From Ascidiella aspersa (lineage: Eukaryota), in contig OZ004611.1 of assembly GCA_963924565.1 (NCBI GenBank), forward strand, positions 23,870,001 through 23,934,000: a stretch of DNA of 64,000 nucleotides. The letters are read 5' to 3'. Below, in pieces: positions 34,701-45,731 of this stretch. Numbering within the stretch: the first letter of the stretch is position 1; each line of letters opens with the position of its first letter. The position numbers were made by a program, and so were the translations under genes. A model generated the notes under the pieces. The model searched no databases, was not told where the DNA came from, and saw nothing but the letters and a program-made list of their open reading frames with translations.

Positions 34701-35273
34701 TTTAGATTTACTTTCCAGCACCCACCGAAATGGCCTAAACATTTGGTACATCAAAGCGCTTTTAAAAACACCGACAGTGTCTTGGGTAAATGAAAATTAG
34801 AGTTGGCAATAAGGAGAAAGGCAAAACTTGTCAATTGGACTCGATAGGGGTTTGTGGCCGAACGAAATTATACACAAGTTTTAACATCGTTGGTCTAAAA
34901 GTGCTGAAAATAAACGCAACCCGCACACAATGACCAAAGGGAAGTATATGCAGCTCCAAATTTCGACGCGTAATATCTCCGCAAGTAAACAAGATATCGA
35001 TCAGATATTTTACACATTACTTAAAGCAACCTAACTGAGCCAGCAATCAGACTTTTATCAAAAAATATTAATATTCATACTTAAATGCGGTTTCAGAAGA
35101 GATTGCGGATTAAACGTTCGCTTCTGCTCTAATTCGGCCCCGCCTCGAAAGACAACAAACAAACAGATACACAAAGCCCCACTTACCTGGTCTCTGTGAA
35201 AGGACATTGATGACGTGTCGGACATTCTACCATGCTGTGACGTCGCGGTGTTGCCAGCAGCAACCGAAATCAT
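7462..35273 (-). CDS. KCNA: Shaker/Kv1 (KCNA-family) voltage-gated potassium channel alpha subunit, 10 coding exons, about 610 aa
   Basis: Exons 35187-35273, 27346-27505, 25619-25795, 18517-18749, 14554-14680, 11471-11798, 10957-11089, 9455-9587, 8468-8674 and 7462-7709 join in frame (1833 nt). T1 domain [42 protein letters not shown]; S4 [17 protein letters not shown]; pore [14 protein letters not shown]; S6 [11 protein letters not shown]. The three 5'-most exons rest on splice sites and phase only. Confidence 0.95.
8468..8674 (-). CDS. KCNA: Kv1 exon: S4, S4-S5 linker, S5
   Basis: [43 protein letters not shown]...FSSAVYFA; CAG acceptor, GTGAGG donor. Confidence 0.96.
8986..9031 (-). ncRNA. 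Degenerate minimal hammerhead ribozyme-like motif (Penelope-like element type)
   Basis: CUGAUGA-A-GAUU...AAUC-GAAACGUU; core and stem II intact, stem I poor. Confidence 0.45.
9455..9587 (-). CDS. KCNA: Kv1 exon: S2-S3 linker and S3
   Basis: [33 protein letters not shown]; CAG acceptor, GTGCGT donor. Confidence 0.95.
9716..10036. mobile_element. Degenerate GACTT-family MITE copy interrupted by an inverted hammerhead-like pair
   Basis: Repeated GACTT/AAGTCA motifs, ends ...AACAATACTG. Confidence 0.55.
9861..9902 (+). ncRNA. Degenerate minimal hammerhead ribozyme-like motif with an inverted partner at about 9786-9825
   Basis: UCU-CAGAUGA-A-GGC...GCC-GAAACGUC-AGA; one core mismatch (U4 to A). 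Confidence 0.45.
10957..11089 (-). CDS. KCNA: Kv1 exon: end of S1-S2 loop and S2
   Basis: [17 protein letters not shown]; CAG acceptor, GTTAGT donor. Confidence 0.94.
11318..11490. repeat. Local tandem duplication (83-bp offset) spanning the end of a Kv1 exon and the adjacent intron
   Basis: TAACAGCCTCACATTTT..CAAACCGACCTATAA..TTAGACCTGTTT at 11318 and 11401; CTGAGAAAC(C/A)TGTAATTGGT at 11372 and 11471. Confidence 0.85.
11471..11798 (-). CDS. KCNA: Kv1 exon: T1-S1 linker, S1, start of S1-S2 loop
   Basis: [47 protein letters not shown]; TAG acceptor, GTAAGG donor. Confidence 0.95.
14554..14680 (-). CDS. KCNA: Kv1 exon: C-terminal half of the T1 domain
   Basis: [42 protein letters not shown]; not in the ORF track, read directly from the sequence. 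Confidence 0.94.
17900..18399. mobile_element. GACTT-family MITE copy with a nested hAT/Charlie-like MITE fragment (starts CAGTGGTTCTTAAAC at 18035; poly-C tract)
   Basis: Right TIR TACAACACTG at 18390-18399; GACTT motifs on both sides of the insert. Confidence 0.65.
18517..18749 (-). CDS. KCNA: Kv1 exon: N-terminal half of the T1 domain
   Basis: [53 protein letters not shown]. Confidence 0.95.
19965..20339. mobile_element. Degenerate GACTT-family MITE copy
   Basis: AAGTCATTTGT/AAGTCAAG motifs, similar to the reverse complement of 23761-24153. Confidence 0.55.
23761..24153. mobile_element. hAT-like MITE (termini CAGTGTTGTA...TACAACACTG) rich in GACTT/AAGTC subterminal motifs
   Basis: Perfect 10-bp TIR. 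Related copies at about 9716-10036, 17900-18399, 19965-20339 and 51505-51660. Confidence 0.75.
24535..25140. repeat. Degenerate tandem repeat, about 5 units of 110-130 bp
   Basis: AAAAGCGA(T/C)TA..G anchors at 24535, 24665, 24790, 24916 and a partial one at 25026. Confidence 0.8.
25619..25795 (-). CDS. KCNA: Kv1 N-terminal exon 3 ([17 protein letters not shown]...RGMDED)
   Basis: GC-rich 177-nt open block, TTAG acceptor, G|GTTAGG donor; phase 1/1 joins both neighbours. Confidence 0.75.
25834..25963. mobile_element. Small (~130 bp) inverted-repeat element
   Basis: Arms AGACGTAATAAGAA..AAAGCCCATAC and GTATGGGCTTT..TTCTTAATACGTCT. A 32-nt block (25917-25948) recurs inverted at about 11243-11275. 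Confidence 0.6.
27346..27505 (-). CDS. KCNA: Kv1 N-terminal exon 2 ([12 protein letters not shown]...KRRISANGK)
   Basis: TTACAG acceptor, AAAG|GTAAAG donor, phase 0/1. Confidence 0.7.
31876..32130. mobile_element. MITE with ~95-bp terminal inverted repeats and TA flanks (Tc1/mariner-type)
   Basis: TGAGTGCCTTCAAAACACTGTTACATGGTTT...TTCAAAACGAAAA at the left is the near-perfect reverse complement of about 32037-32130; TA on both sides. Confidence 0.85.
35187..35273 (-). CDS. KCNA: Kv1 first coding exon ([29 protein letters not shown])
   Basis: ATG followed by a perfect CAG|GTAAGT donor in phase 0; the N-terminus resembles Shaker MAAVAG and Kv1.2 MTVATG. Confidence 0.65.
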
Positions 35274-38200
35274 TACAAGGCGATCGGGAGGGACTGCGGC
35301 TTGGCGGCCTCACACAGTCAGATCAAATAGATGCGAGCCATAACTGCTCTTAGCCGACCTAAAAGGGCCTATTGTGTTCCTCGGGAATTGTTCTTTTCTC
35401 TTAAGCAAGTATAAAAAGCAGATATAGATTAGGAAAAAAATCCAAGAATAGATTTTTGCGAGCCAAACGTTTTCATGCGGAACAAATTTTTTTAAATATC
35501 ACTGATTTTAAGTGATTTAGCAAGTTTATTTTTTAAACTGAACTGTTGCTGTTCTTACTTTTTCCATAATAGCTTTAAAAGCGCCTTAAACTGGATACAC
35601 TATTTTCGGACCCTCGCACTATAACACTGGTTCCCCAAGTGTTGGGCGAGATAGACCGTATGCACCGGCCCAAAACGTTTTTCAGGGCACTGTTTTGTTT
35701 TTAATATAAATTACACCCTTCGTGAAACTAAACTCGTTGATTGGAATCACTTTTGTAAAGCTATAGGAGGACTATTTTCAACGCTACGTTTAACTCTTGC
35801 ATTTGTCCTTTTGGTGCAATTCCTCGACGCAAAAATCGCTTTAGTCTGCGTTAACAGAATTTTTTTTGTTGGCATTTTTAAGTGCCATTTTCGTTAACAG
35901 CGAAATGTATTGAATGAAGCAAATAAACAATTACAAAAAGCAATTTAATTTATAAAGCACAGTATATATAAGTCATTCAATCGTGGGCTTAAAACACTAC
36001 AAAATAAGATGAAACAGTTTGAGTGCCATTTGGATTTATGCTTTTTAACTTGAGAATGCTACTACATATTTGGGTACACTATGCACGAATCTATAATTTA
36101 GCTTTGACTACTACACATGTTGTGCAAAAACAAAAGAGTTTATCAGCAGGTATATTTTAGAAATGTCTTGGCAGTCCTTTTCCATGTTTTCATCCAAAAA
36201 TCACATAAATGCTGTTTGGAACATTCCAGAAGTAAGATTCTGTCACTTGATCAAATTCTTCCTGGGCTAAAACCGAAAGTTTGACCGACCGCGACTCTCA
36301 GGAGCAAGGGCCAAAAACGCAGGCAAAGCGCACCGAGGTTATATACCGGGAAATGACGATCATCGATTCGAAGAGCAGCGCGCAATATGCGACCCGTCGC
36401 ACGGTCGGCCGGATAGCAATATTATCGACGCACCTGGCCCTGACGCTCCTCGTTACAGTCGTCGCCTGTTATTGGCAACGGAGAAACAAACGCCGCTCGC
36501 CATTACCAGGTCACTTATTGTTACGCCGTTTGCTCGACAGCCCACAACGCGGACAACACTCCCTTCCTGGACATTGGCAACCATACTTGTTTTTTTGGTG
36601 TTTTTTTTTTTATTGGTCTTATATTTGCCGTTGAAAAAACATTTTTAAGCAAAAAAATAGATTTCGCCAGAAAAAAACGAGCGCTGTTTTGCAGGCATGC
36701 AAATAAGACACAATGACCATGTCGCATCACTATTATAATATATTGAAAAACGGCTTTTTAATCTAATCTGGTTAGTGCAATATAATAGGTAATTCACTTG
36801 AAGAATTGCGATAATACCGATTGGAGTCGTTTATCCGAAATAAGTAGACCCATTCCTTGTTTGCATATTAGATTAACAGGCAAACCTCAATTTGTGATTT
36901 GGTGGAGTTTTTGTTTATAGTTTAAAAAATAGGTAATTCTTAAGGGGAGCAGCTTTGAAAAAAATTATGAAACAGCAAACCGTCGTTGCCTTTGCGATTT
37001 ACTCTGCAAGTCAGTGTTACAAAAAAATAAACCTTTTTTTAAGTTTGAAAGATTGTGCTTTGACTGATATTAAATATAAACTCCTCAAAAAATCGCTACA
37101 AGCAAGATATCTTGAAACTGATCATTTGCCTCTTGAGGACTTATACGTAATTTATATTCTTGTGTGCGTTGCAGCTCAATAAAAATATTCACTTCTCTTT
37201 ACACGCCTACAGCTAAATAAACTACCACTATTCATACATACAATAGCCAAAGCATCCAAAACTAACTATAATCTACCCTTTTGGTCGCAGAAAGCGAAAC
37301 GAACCCCAATACCTTCCGTCTGCCAAACGCACTGAACCCATTGCTTACAGTCAATGTGCGGTTGGCCTTTGGCACCTTTTTGCGTTTTTTATCGATTCCT
37401 TGTCACAGAGAAGGCGCTCGTAGAGACCCGGATAAAAATTGCCTTGCGTCGCGAGGGTCCTTGCTGGCCGCTGAGCGCTGTTTAATCGCTATAGGCGAGG
37501 CACTCGTTTTTAAACTACCCCACTGAATCGCGAAACACGGGGATTTTAGGCTCAAAACCACACGGTTGTAACGCATAAATTTTTGCCTGAAGTTTGCGTT
37601 GTAAACCTCTATAATAGATGTTTCGTTTCAAGTTTAAAACTTGCTGTACGGAAGGGTGCATTGTAAATCCTAATGGTGGAAAAAAAGGTGGCAAAAATGT
37701 GGAAAAATACCACCATTTAAGGTGAAGTTTTTTCGTTAGGGTGTTCAGCAACACCTCTATGTGTGGTTTATGCCACCGGTATAGATTTCCACCCCATTTT
37801 TAGCAGTAAATGAATACGGTAATTGTGATCGAAATTCAGCCGCCTTGAAAAGTTCTTTAGCGAGAGGAAGCAAAGTTCAGCGCACATGATGAACTTGGCA
37901 ATGGTAGCAGGGGACTGGACGCAAATTAAAGCCGAGCCGACTGTAAGGCAACGACCGACGACGACTGTGGAAAGAGCCTCGGCTCGCATTCATAATTGAT
38001 GCCGACCCTCACCCCCCAATCTGAGCGAGCGCATCATTATAGCTTATAGGGAGAGTTGGCTCTTCGAAAGCGCGCCGGCGACTTATACACAACCCTATAG
38101 AAGAAGTCGTAAAACGGTCATAGCCGGCACTTCTGCAGCGGCCAACTAAAATACAAGCGACATAATGACCGTCCGCTGCAAGGAATCGTATAGGTTTAAT

Positions 38201-41200
38201 TATGCATACGCCCCTGCGGCCTTTTTGCTCTGTTTAGATTCGACTTTGTTTGCAACCCGACACGAGAATTGTTATGAGCGAGTGGGTTGTTGATATTAGG
38301 AGTTTCTTACGGCCGAGCATCGGGCCCCGTTTTGTCTCTTCAGATTGGCGTACAATATATACGGAACAAGATTTTCACGAAATCTATTTTTACTCGTGAC
38401 AGCTGGGGGGAAAATGTGGACATTCACTTACAACGGTTGTTAAACTTAATTTGTATGGCGGATCCTATTTTTAGTTGTTTGCAACCAAACCAATGCGGAC
38501 CGTTTTACTTCTAGCTATATGGAGAAAAAAATACTGCAGTATATATAAAATACTTTAAAGTTCGAATTAAATGATGTACACAGACTGCCAAATGATTTTT
38601 TCGAAAGATGTTTCGCGGAATGCTAACAACTTTTTTACGGACCCCCAGGAGTCCGCGAGAACCATTTCACTGCCTTAAAATAACACTTTCCTCGTGGCCC
38701 AAGGTTTGGATTTAAAACTCTTTATTTTAATCTATTTAAATGCAAATTTACGCAATATACATTTATTAGAAAAAAATTATTATTGTTGCAGAAAAAAGAT
38801 TTGGTCAACCGCTTTGGTAAATAGTTATAATAAGAGCGCCTTTTAACCAAAGACAATGAAGTAAATTTGTCCACAAACTATGTTTTCTGTTTATTTTTGT
38901 AGCTCGCTTTAGTAATATATATTAGTTGGATTCAGTATAGTGTTTGCAATTGGATCATATTTACGAACTGCGTATATGACGCAATGAAATCTTGCCTATA
39001 TCCCACCTGAAATTGTTTGAATATAAATCCTCTGTTAAGTAGCCTAGTTAACAATACACTATTCTGACCTGAAAGGTCACATAACCTAGGCTGCACGAAC
39101 CATTTTGAAAGCCTGACACGAAATAAACAGATTTCTTCTTTTCAGCGATATACCTCGTTCGTAAATTGTTACGCGGCTACTATAACTGTCATCGTATTTT
39201 TTTCTTAAACTAAAGAAACGCCCTATGTATAGGCAATTAAGCATTTTACAAAATGACCGGCTTGTACCTATATAAAAGCTGTTTTCTAGCACAATTTAAA
39301 ACTGTCGTTAACTGTTGCCTGATGAACCGTGCTCTAAACCTAGGCTAACTATACGTTATTAAAGTATTTGTTGCAACTTGTGTTGCAATGCACTGTATGA
39401 GACACAAACGTACTTTTAAACTGTCTCAATCAACATATAAACGACCAGGACGAATATCTTCAAATCTGTCATAACATTGAGTATTTCTGCATTAGTATAA
39501 CCGTCTTCCAACACATTCACAGTTCAGAAAGTCAAAGATCTTGACAAATGAAGCATGAAATCTAAATTACCATGTCGTCAGGCCACGCTAGAATAGCTTG
39601 ACATTACAACTTTGCCATTTCTTGCACTGCGTAACCCATTGACTCGTGTATGCGTGTTGTTACATTACAGGCTTGTGATCGACGGGAATGCAATTATATA
39701 CAATTTGGAAATGAAAAACGTGTATTGTACCGCCTACACGAATCGCCATAGAAAAGGTGGGGGCGGTCGTTCAACTTCATGGACAAATCCATTTACGACT
39801 TTTTTACAATCATGCCGACGGAGAATAAAACTCTAAGCGTGTGTAGTCAAACCAAGGTCAATACAGTACTTTCATTTGTGTCCGTTTACAAGACTGCAGC
39901 CTATAGTCAGAAGATAAGTAAAACTAGTAGTGTCTTTTCAAAATACGTCTTTGCCTTTACGGTTTACGTGTTTAGTGACGCGAACGAAATCTAAAGCTGT
40001 CAAACCAATTTGTCGCGTCGCCACACCGCTCATTCACCTCGAATAATTGCGCAGCTATAGGGCGTCATAAAATTCGCGTATGCCTCCAGCCGAACGTCAC
40101 AGCGCGCAAGACCCTTTGCCAGAGGTATACGGTCTTTGCAAGTTTGATCTATGTGTCCATACTTGAGGGAGTTGAACACAGCAGTCGACATGCATTTTCC
40201 CTGCAATGTTCAGGTGAACTATTGTCATCAGTCTACAGACAATGTTACCAACGCAATTGAGCACCAAAAGAGCTTTAGTTTGTGAAGTGCTTACCTACCG
40301 AACACCTAAGTCATTCTTCAAGCTTGTGTTGAACCTTAACTTTTTGCTGACTTACAAAAATAAAAATTTACGGCGTAAGTCTGTTAGATTTAATACATAA
40401 AAAGTTCTGTATAAATGCGACTTTTTTTTAAGCTTTAATGACACGAGTCAATATTAAAATTCTACCAAGGATAAGTAAAATGGATCTAGTTGTTTTTGGC
40501 ATAGCAGCTATCTTTAGGCTGTAAAAAAATACATAAGATATTCATATAACTTTAGGTGGGCCGTGTGCTGATGTTTCAGGGCAAGTTCGCGCTGAATCCC
40601 TGAAACAACTTTAAGATTTCGATCGAACCCTGGTTAAGAACCACTGGGATAGGGTGACCAACTGTCATGTGGTCGAAGCAATGTTCTCCCCCCAAACACA
40701 TCAGTTTTTGTAAAATGATATGGCGACGGGGTATTTTCCGTTATGGCCTAGCGATTTGCTAAAGCTTATATTTGCTGTGAAACACCGCGATTAATTTTAT
40801 CGGTCCGAGATGTATCAAATACACTTCTATGCGTATGTTTTAAAGCCTTACTGACATGGCAAAACAGATGCGTCATTCGTGAGTTCAAAAACAAGTTCCG
40901 AATTTGTTTTATACATTACCAGACCGAAACATTTTTCAACGACGAACAAAGCAATGGCTCTCTCAATTTGATAAACCTACAGCTTTAACCCTTATTAAAA
41001 CGCAGATTCTAACTGCAAAACATTGTCCACAATTTAATCACGTCAAACGACAACTGTAAACGCGAGAATGACACAACATTCAATCTAACACTGAAACTTA
41101 CAGACTTGCCCGTATTTACCAGCGCTTGTAACATTTCTATTTCCTGCTCGCATAGCACAAGCGGTTGGCGCCTATAGTCTACAACCTAATTCAAGTGGGC

Positions 41201-42399
41201 AGTAAATTCAAGTGGTCTAAAACTGACGCAAATACACAGACCGCACACCTGTTAAAAGTGGACTGATGGAAGCGTCCAATAATGCATATATTGCTGCAAA
41301 AAATGGCAACCCTGCAGATGCCAAAAATGCATTTCAGGAAGTAAAATAAAACAACTTCACAACTAGATTGGTCGTATAAAGACATGACTTTCTTTTGTGG
41401 TAAATCTGATTTAACTTGTGGCAAAATTAATTGCCGATAAACTTCCATTATTTTCACAGTAAGACGTACTATCAGTTTTCGCACTAAGACGTGCACCAAA
41501 TTAATATTTTTATCGCTTTGGCAAAAGCAAACAAAAACCAGTCAGTATTTTCTAAATCAGCTTTGTAAAATGAGACGCCTGTAATACTCTTTCAGTGTGG
41601 AAAGATTGTCTGAAGTAAGCCTCTTGTTTGAATCCAAAATGCCTCTTGTTTAAGGTAGCTACTGAATCAGCAAACGACGCATCAAAACGCTACAGGCTTT
41701 TAATCGGTCCTGGTCCGATGTTATCAGTCAACCCTGGCACTCTATAGCGATCGGCGTTAGTTTCAGCAATCCACAGAGCTCGACCACGACGGCAAATATA
41801 GGTTCCCGCCATTTTCTCGTCGTATTTTCCATGAAACGCCAAGACTGCGCACATTCGCAAAATAATAATTCGCTTAATAGAAAAAAAATAATAAGAGCGG
41901 TGCCTACAGAGTCAAGGTGTATCGCCTAATTCTCAACGTTTGATTTGTTTTGGCTACAAACAACAGCAGCCAAATCAATTGAGTAACTGGGAACGCTTCT
42001 CTACCAAATAACATTTGACGTCGGCAGCATTGTAAGTGAGTAAACATACAACCCTCGAATTTGCATTTATCTTTTAGACAATTTAAGATCGAACGAGGCG
42101 AAATATAGGCTCAACATTTTACGCCATTCAAGTGCATCTCGAAAAGTCTATATTCCTATTCTAAAAAGGCCATAAAATCACTTAACCATGACAAATTAAA
42201 TATAATTTTGGAGATTTTGCACACACGCCTTGAACTAAACTGGACTTGTATCAAACTCAACATGATTCAAAACAACCAACGTGAAAACAGCTTGCGAACA
42301 CAAAGGCAAAAACTAGACTTGCTGTTTATCAAGAACAAAAACAAAAAACATTGATCCTAGCAGACGTTCGTAACCCCTTTTGAAGAAAACACACGCTTG

Positions 42400-43170
42400 C
42401 TCGGGGCCGCTGTTTTGGCAACGCGCGAACCTAATCAAAAGCGAAAAGGAAAGCTGGCCAGCAACAACGAGGGACCTATAGAGAGCGTGGTGTGGTGCCC
42501 GGCCCGGCGCCAAGAAGTCACGGCCCGGGCCAAAGGACCCCGGTCACTGGTCCTTCTCCATAGTTTCGCGGGCCTGAGGTTGCGGAGCGGCCCTGTGTAG
42601 CTCATTACCCGGCGGAACGCGGACGTTTGCGCGTCGCCGCCCGCCCGTAAATTAAGGACGCCCTTATTTAAAATTAATAAATTATTTAGTGCGCACGGAC
42701 TCGCGCATAATAAGCATCGCCGCTCGAGAACCGCTCTCTTTTCATCTTTCTTCCTTTCTTTCTTTTCGCGCATTCTCTCCATCGGTATCTTTCTTTTATT
42801 CTCTCGCGAGCGCTGCTCATCGTTGGAACCTGTCGCTTACTTTAATCTAAACAGGTACATGTACGTCTCTATACGTACAATCATATGATCACCGCTGCTA
42901 CTGCTGCTGCTGAGACAACCCTAACCAACTTGCCTCGCTTTTGCCTTCGCGAATTTCGCCCAAAACACTCGCTCGTCGCGCGGATAAATGCGACGCGACG
43001 CGCGTTAAACCAAAAGAGAGGCCGGCACTTTTGTTTTGGCGAAAACGCAGCCCCCCTCCCCCTTCTTTCGCTCCGTTGCCGTGTTTTTCGTTTTTTTGGC
43101 CCGCTCGCCGGGAAATCAAAAATCGATTTTTCCCGTTTTACGGTCGATTGATGACGAACTGAGCGACCGT
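42400..43170. promoter_or_regulatory. CpG-rich island upstream of Kv1; candidate promoter or non-coding first exon
   Basis: High CpG/GC content against an AT-rich background, a CT-rich tract, and a minus-strand donor-like AAA|GTAAGC at 42840. Confidence 0.35.
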
Positions 43171-43334
43171 GTGGCCCGGTTAAGTTTAAGCATGCACTTC
43201 GACAAACTAAGTGGGTGGATGAAGAACACGTGGTTGGTTATGCATTTAGGCGGCAAACAATTGTTAGGCTTTTGTGGTCATTTCGACGGTTTATCCGCTT
43301 TTGTATAATCCCAACAGTTTTAAATCTTACCAAA

Positions 43335-43690
43335 GTGTCGAGTACTAAATTCTGATTTTTACTGTATATTTGCCCAGTTTAAAAATATATGATACCTGAC
43401 ACTTTATTCCGGCACGAATATCAAAACCCGATAATTCAGAGAAAAGTACCGCGTACGGATCTGATACTAACTGACTTCATTACAATGCTTAAACTAGCAA
43501 TTAGTAATTAAAAAAATATAACGTTAAAAATATGTTTTTTCAGGGTTTTAGGCCCAAATTTTCAAAAGCGTTAGGAAATTTGATTACCTTATTCTATTGC
43601 GTCGATACCACCCTATAGTATCGGTCAAGTAGCGATACTACCACTTGCCATCGGGTATCGGCGCTGATCCGATAATATCGGACGTCCCTA
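43335..43690 (-). mobile_element. CCGATA/TATCGG-rich hAT-like MITE (terminus TAGGGACGTC)
   Basis: Clustered CCGATA motifs. Related patches at about 7860-7945, 14750-14900, 18940-19020 and 61130-61235. Confidence 0.55.
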
Positions 43691-45683
43691 ATAATTCAGT
43701 TTTGGCGTCCGCTTCTAAACAAAGCGTTTATAAAGCAGGTCGTATAGCTGACCGAGATCATCCTCGAAAAGCGCACGTTTATCTCTGTATAGTGGCCTGG
43801 CGTTGACTTAGAAAATAATGACTTGGAACGATGACCGCAATTGAAGATACAAATGCGACCAAACGTGCCTTTTTCAGGGCCTGGGGATACCATTATTTTA
43901 GAACGCTATTGTTTTCATATTTTACCGAATTTTAGTTTGTTGTTAGTTAGCTTCTTAGCGGTTCACTTGTCAAACTGCCAAAATTGTATATTCGCCATGT
44001 TTAACTATAGATGCTCTTGCCAATAAATTATAACCTACATGAGAGAGCAGGCTTCATATACCTGCCTTGACCGAGACTCAGTTAATTTACGCTAAACTAC
44101 TAAGATGTCTTAAATCCACTTAAAATTCCATCGCCCCCAGTTCAAAATGAGCTTTACGTCTTTTCCACAAACCTTACCAAGCTATAATTCTGTGCTATTT
44201 GTATAAAGTCAATTTTGGCGAATGCATCTTAAATTCTATTAAATACGCCTGAACCATAACGGCCCTTCCTTCTTATCGAGTGTCATTTGAAAACTTTACA
44301 ACCACTTTGGCAAAGTTTTACAGCAGCCCGTTTTGGAGTCACTCCCCCAATTCGGGAAAGCAATTACCGATGTTTCATTTTTGTCGAGTATTTTTAGGGA
44401 GGGGATGCGCTTAGGGGAAGAATGCCTACAATCCGTTATAGAGAAGCGAATTCTAATGTATAAGAAATTATGATAAACTGTATAGATCTAAATAAATGAA
44501 AAAATATAATTTCCAACCAATCCAGATTTTCTTTGTATTATGACCAGAGCAGCGCACAATCACGAGGAATTGTAACATAAGATCCTGGATCGTTGATTTT
44601 ATAAAAAATGCTATGGACATCATCCGCCCTGCTCATCTTTTGCTACGCTCTAATGTCCTTTTCTTATGTCATTGTCTAATTTCCTGTCATCCTCTGCTTC
44701 AAAGCGACATCGCTTATATGCTGGAACTGGTTCGATTTGCACGGAACTAATCTGAAATCTAGCTATTCGGTTTCAATTGGTTCAAATTGGAGTGCATGGG
44801 TCTTTTCAAACGGAAAACACCGCGCACGGTTCAAGGCTCGAGTGCTTCCAAGCCAAGACTCGAGATGAAAGCGTTGTGTTGTGCATCTACAATAATCAAC
44901 GCCCATCGAAAGCCGAATTAATCGGATTCGAGGACAACAAACGAATTAGTATTGACTGATTGCGGGATTTTGAATCACTGCCGGCCCGAGCCAGGGCGCC
45001 CCTTTTTTATTGATTTCTTTTGGAAAAAGGCGAGGAAAACACAATCTCGAAGTGCATCGCCTGTCTCTTTGCCCTGTTTGCACACTATTACGAGTTGCCG
45101 GTATTCCCGGAGCCTTACAAAGGGTAAACAATTGGTTTGATTGATTTGCTCGGCACGCCAAAGCTCTAAGGCAAGTGCACGGCGAAACATCAAGGCGTTA
45201 CTCCAGGAAAGCAGTTTCGGGAAAATTACCCCCCACACACGACTAGACGCTAAATGATCATGCGAATAAACAAAGACAGCAATATCTTGTTACTTGAAGT
45301 CCACAACAACCTTTTTGACACAAGTTTGTTTGCTTAGCATTTAGCATTTTAGAGGCCTATTTTTGACCGTCTGGCGTCTGTCATGTACAAACCGACAAAG
45401 CTAACACAGTTCGTCCCCAGCCGCCAGTAACACGTGGACATGATCCTAAGGAGAGAAAAAAATGTTTTGTGTAACTTGACGCAACGCTTGTTGTCAACAA
45501 AATCTTGCCACGAAAAACTCCGATTTAAACCCGTGTCACCCGCAACTGAAACCGGCCTCTTTTAAAAGGCTTGAATAAACTAAAACGACGGTCGCAGCTG
45601 TCAGCATTTCAATCTTGCGCATCCTGCGTGACTAAGATTCTGTTAACGTACACGCACGGAAATCGCAACTGGGCTAAATACGC

Positions 45684-45731
45684 GAATCTAAACCATGATG
45701 GAATCTAAACCATCTCGAATCTAAACCATCT
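45684..45731. repeat. 3x GAATCTAAACCAT minisatellite
   Basis: Read directly from the sequence. Confidence 0.8.

Noticed and set aside
39315-39350. CTGATGA motif as another hammerhead
   Set aside because: There is no GAAA box and no stem II.
42435-42782. 115-aa minus-strand ORF with a K/E/R-rich start
   Set aside because: The composition is explained by a GA-rich simple tract inside a CpG island, and I found no in-phase link to Kv1 exons.
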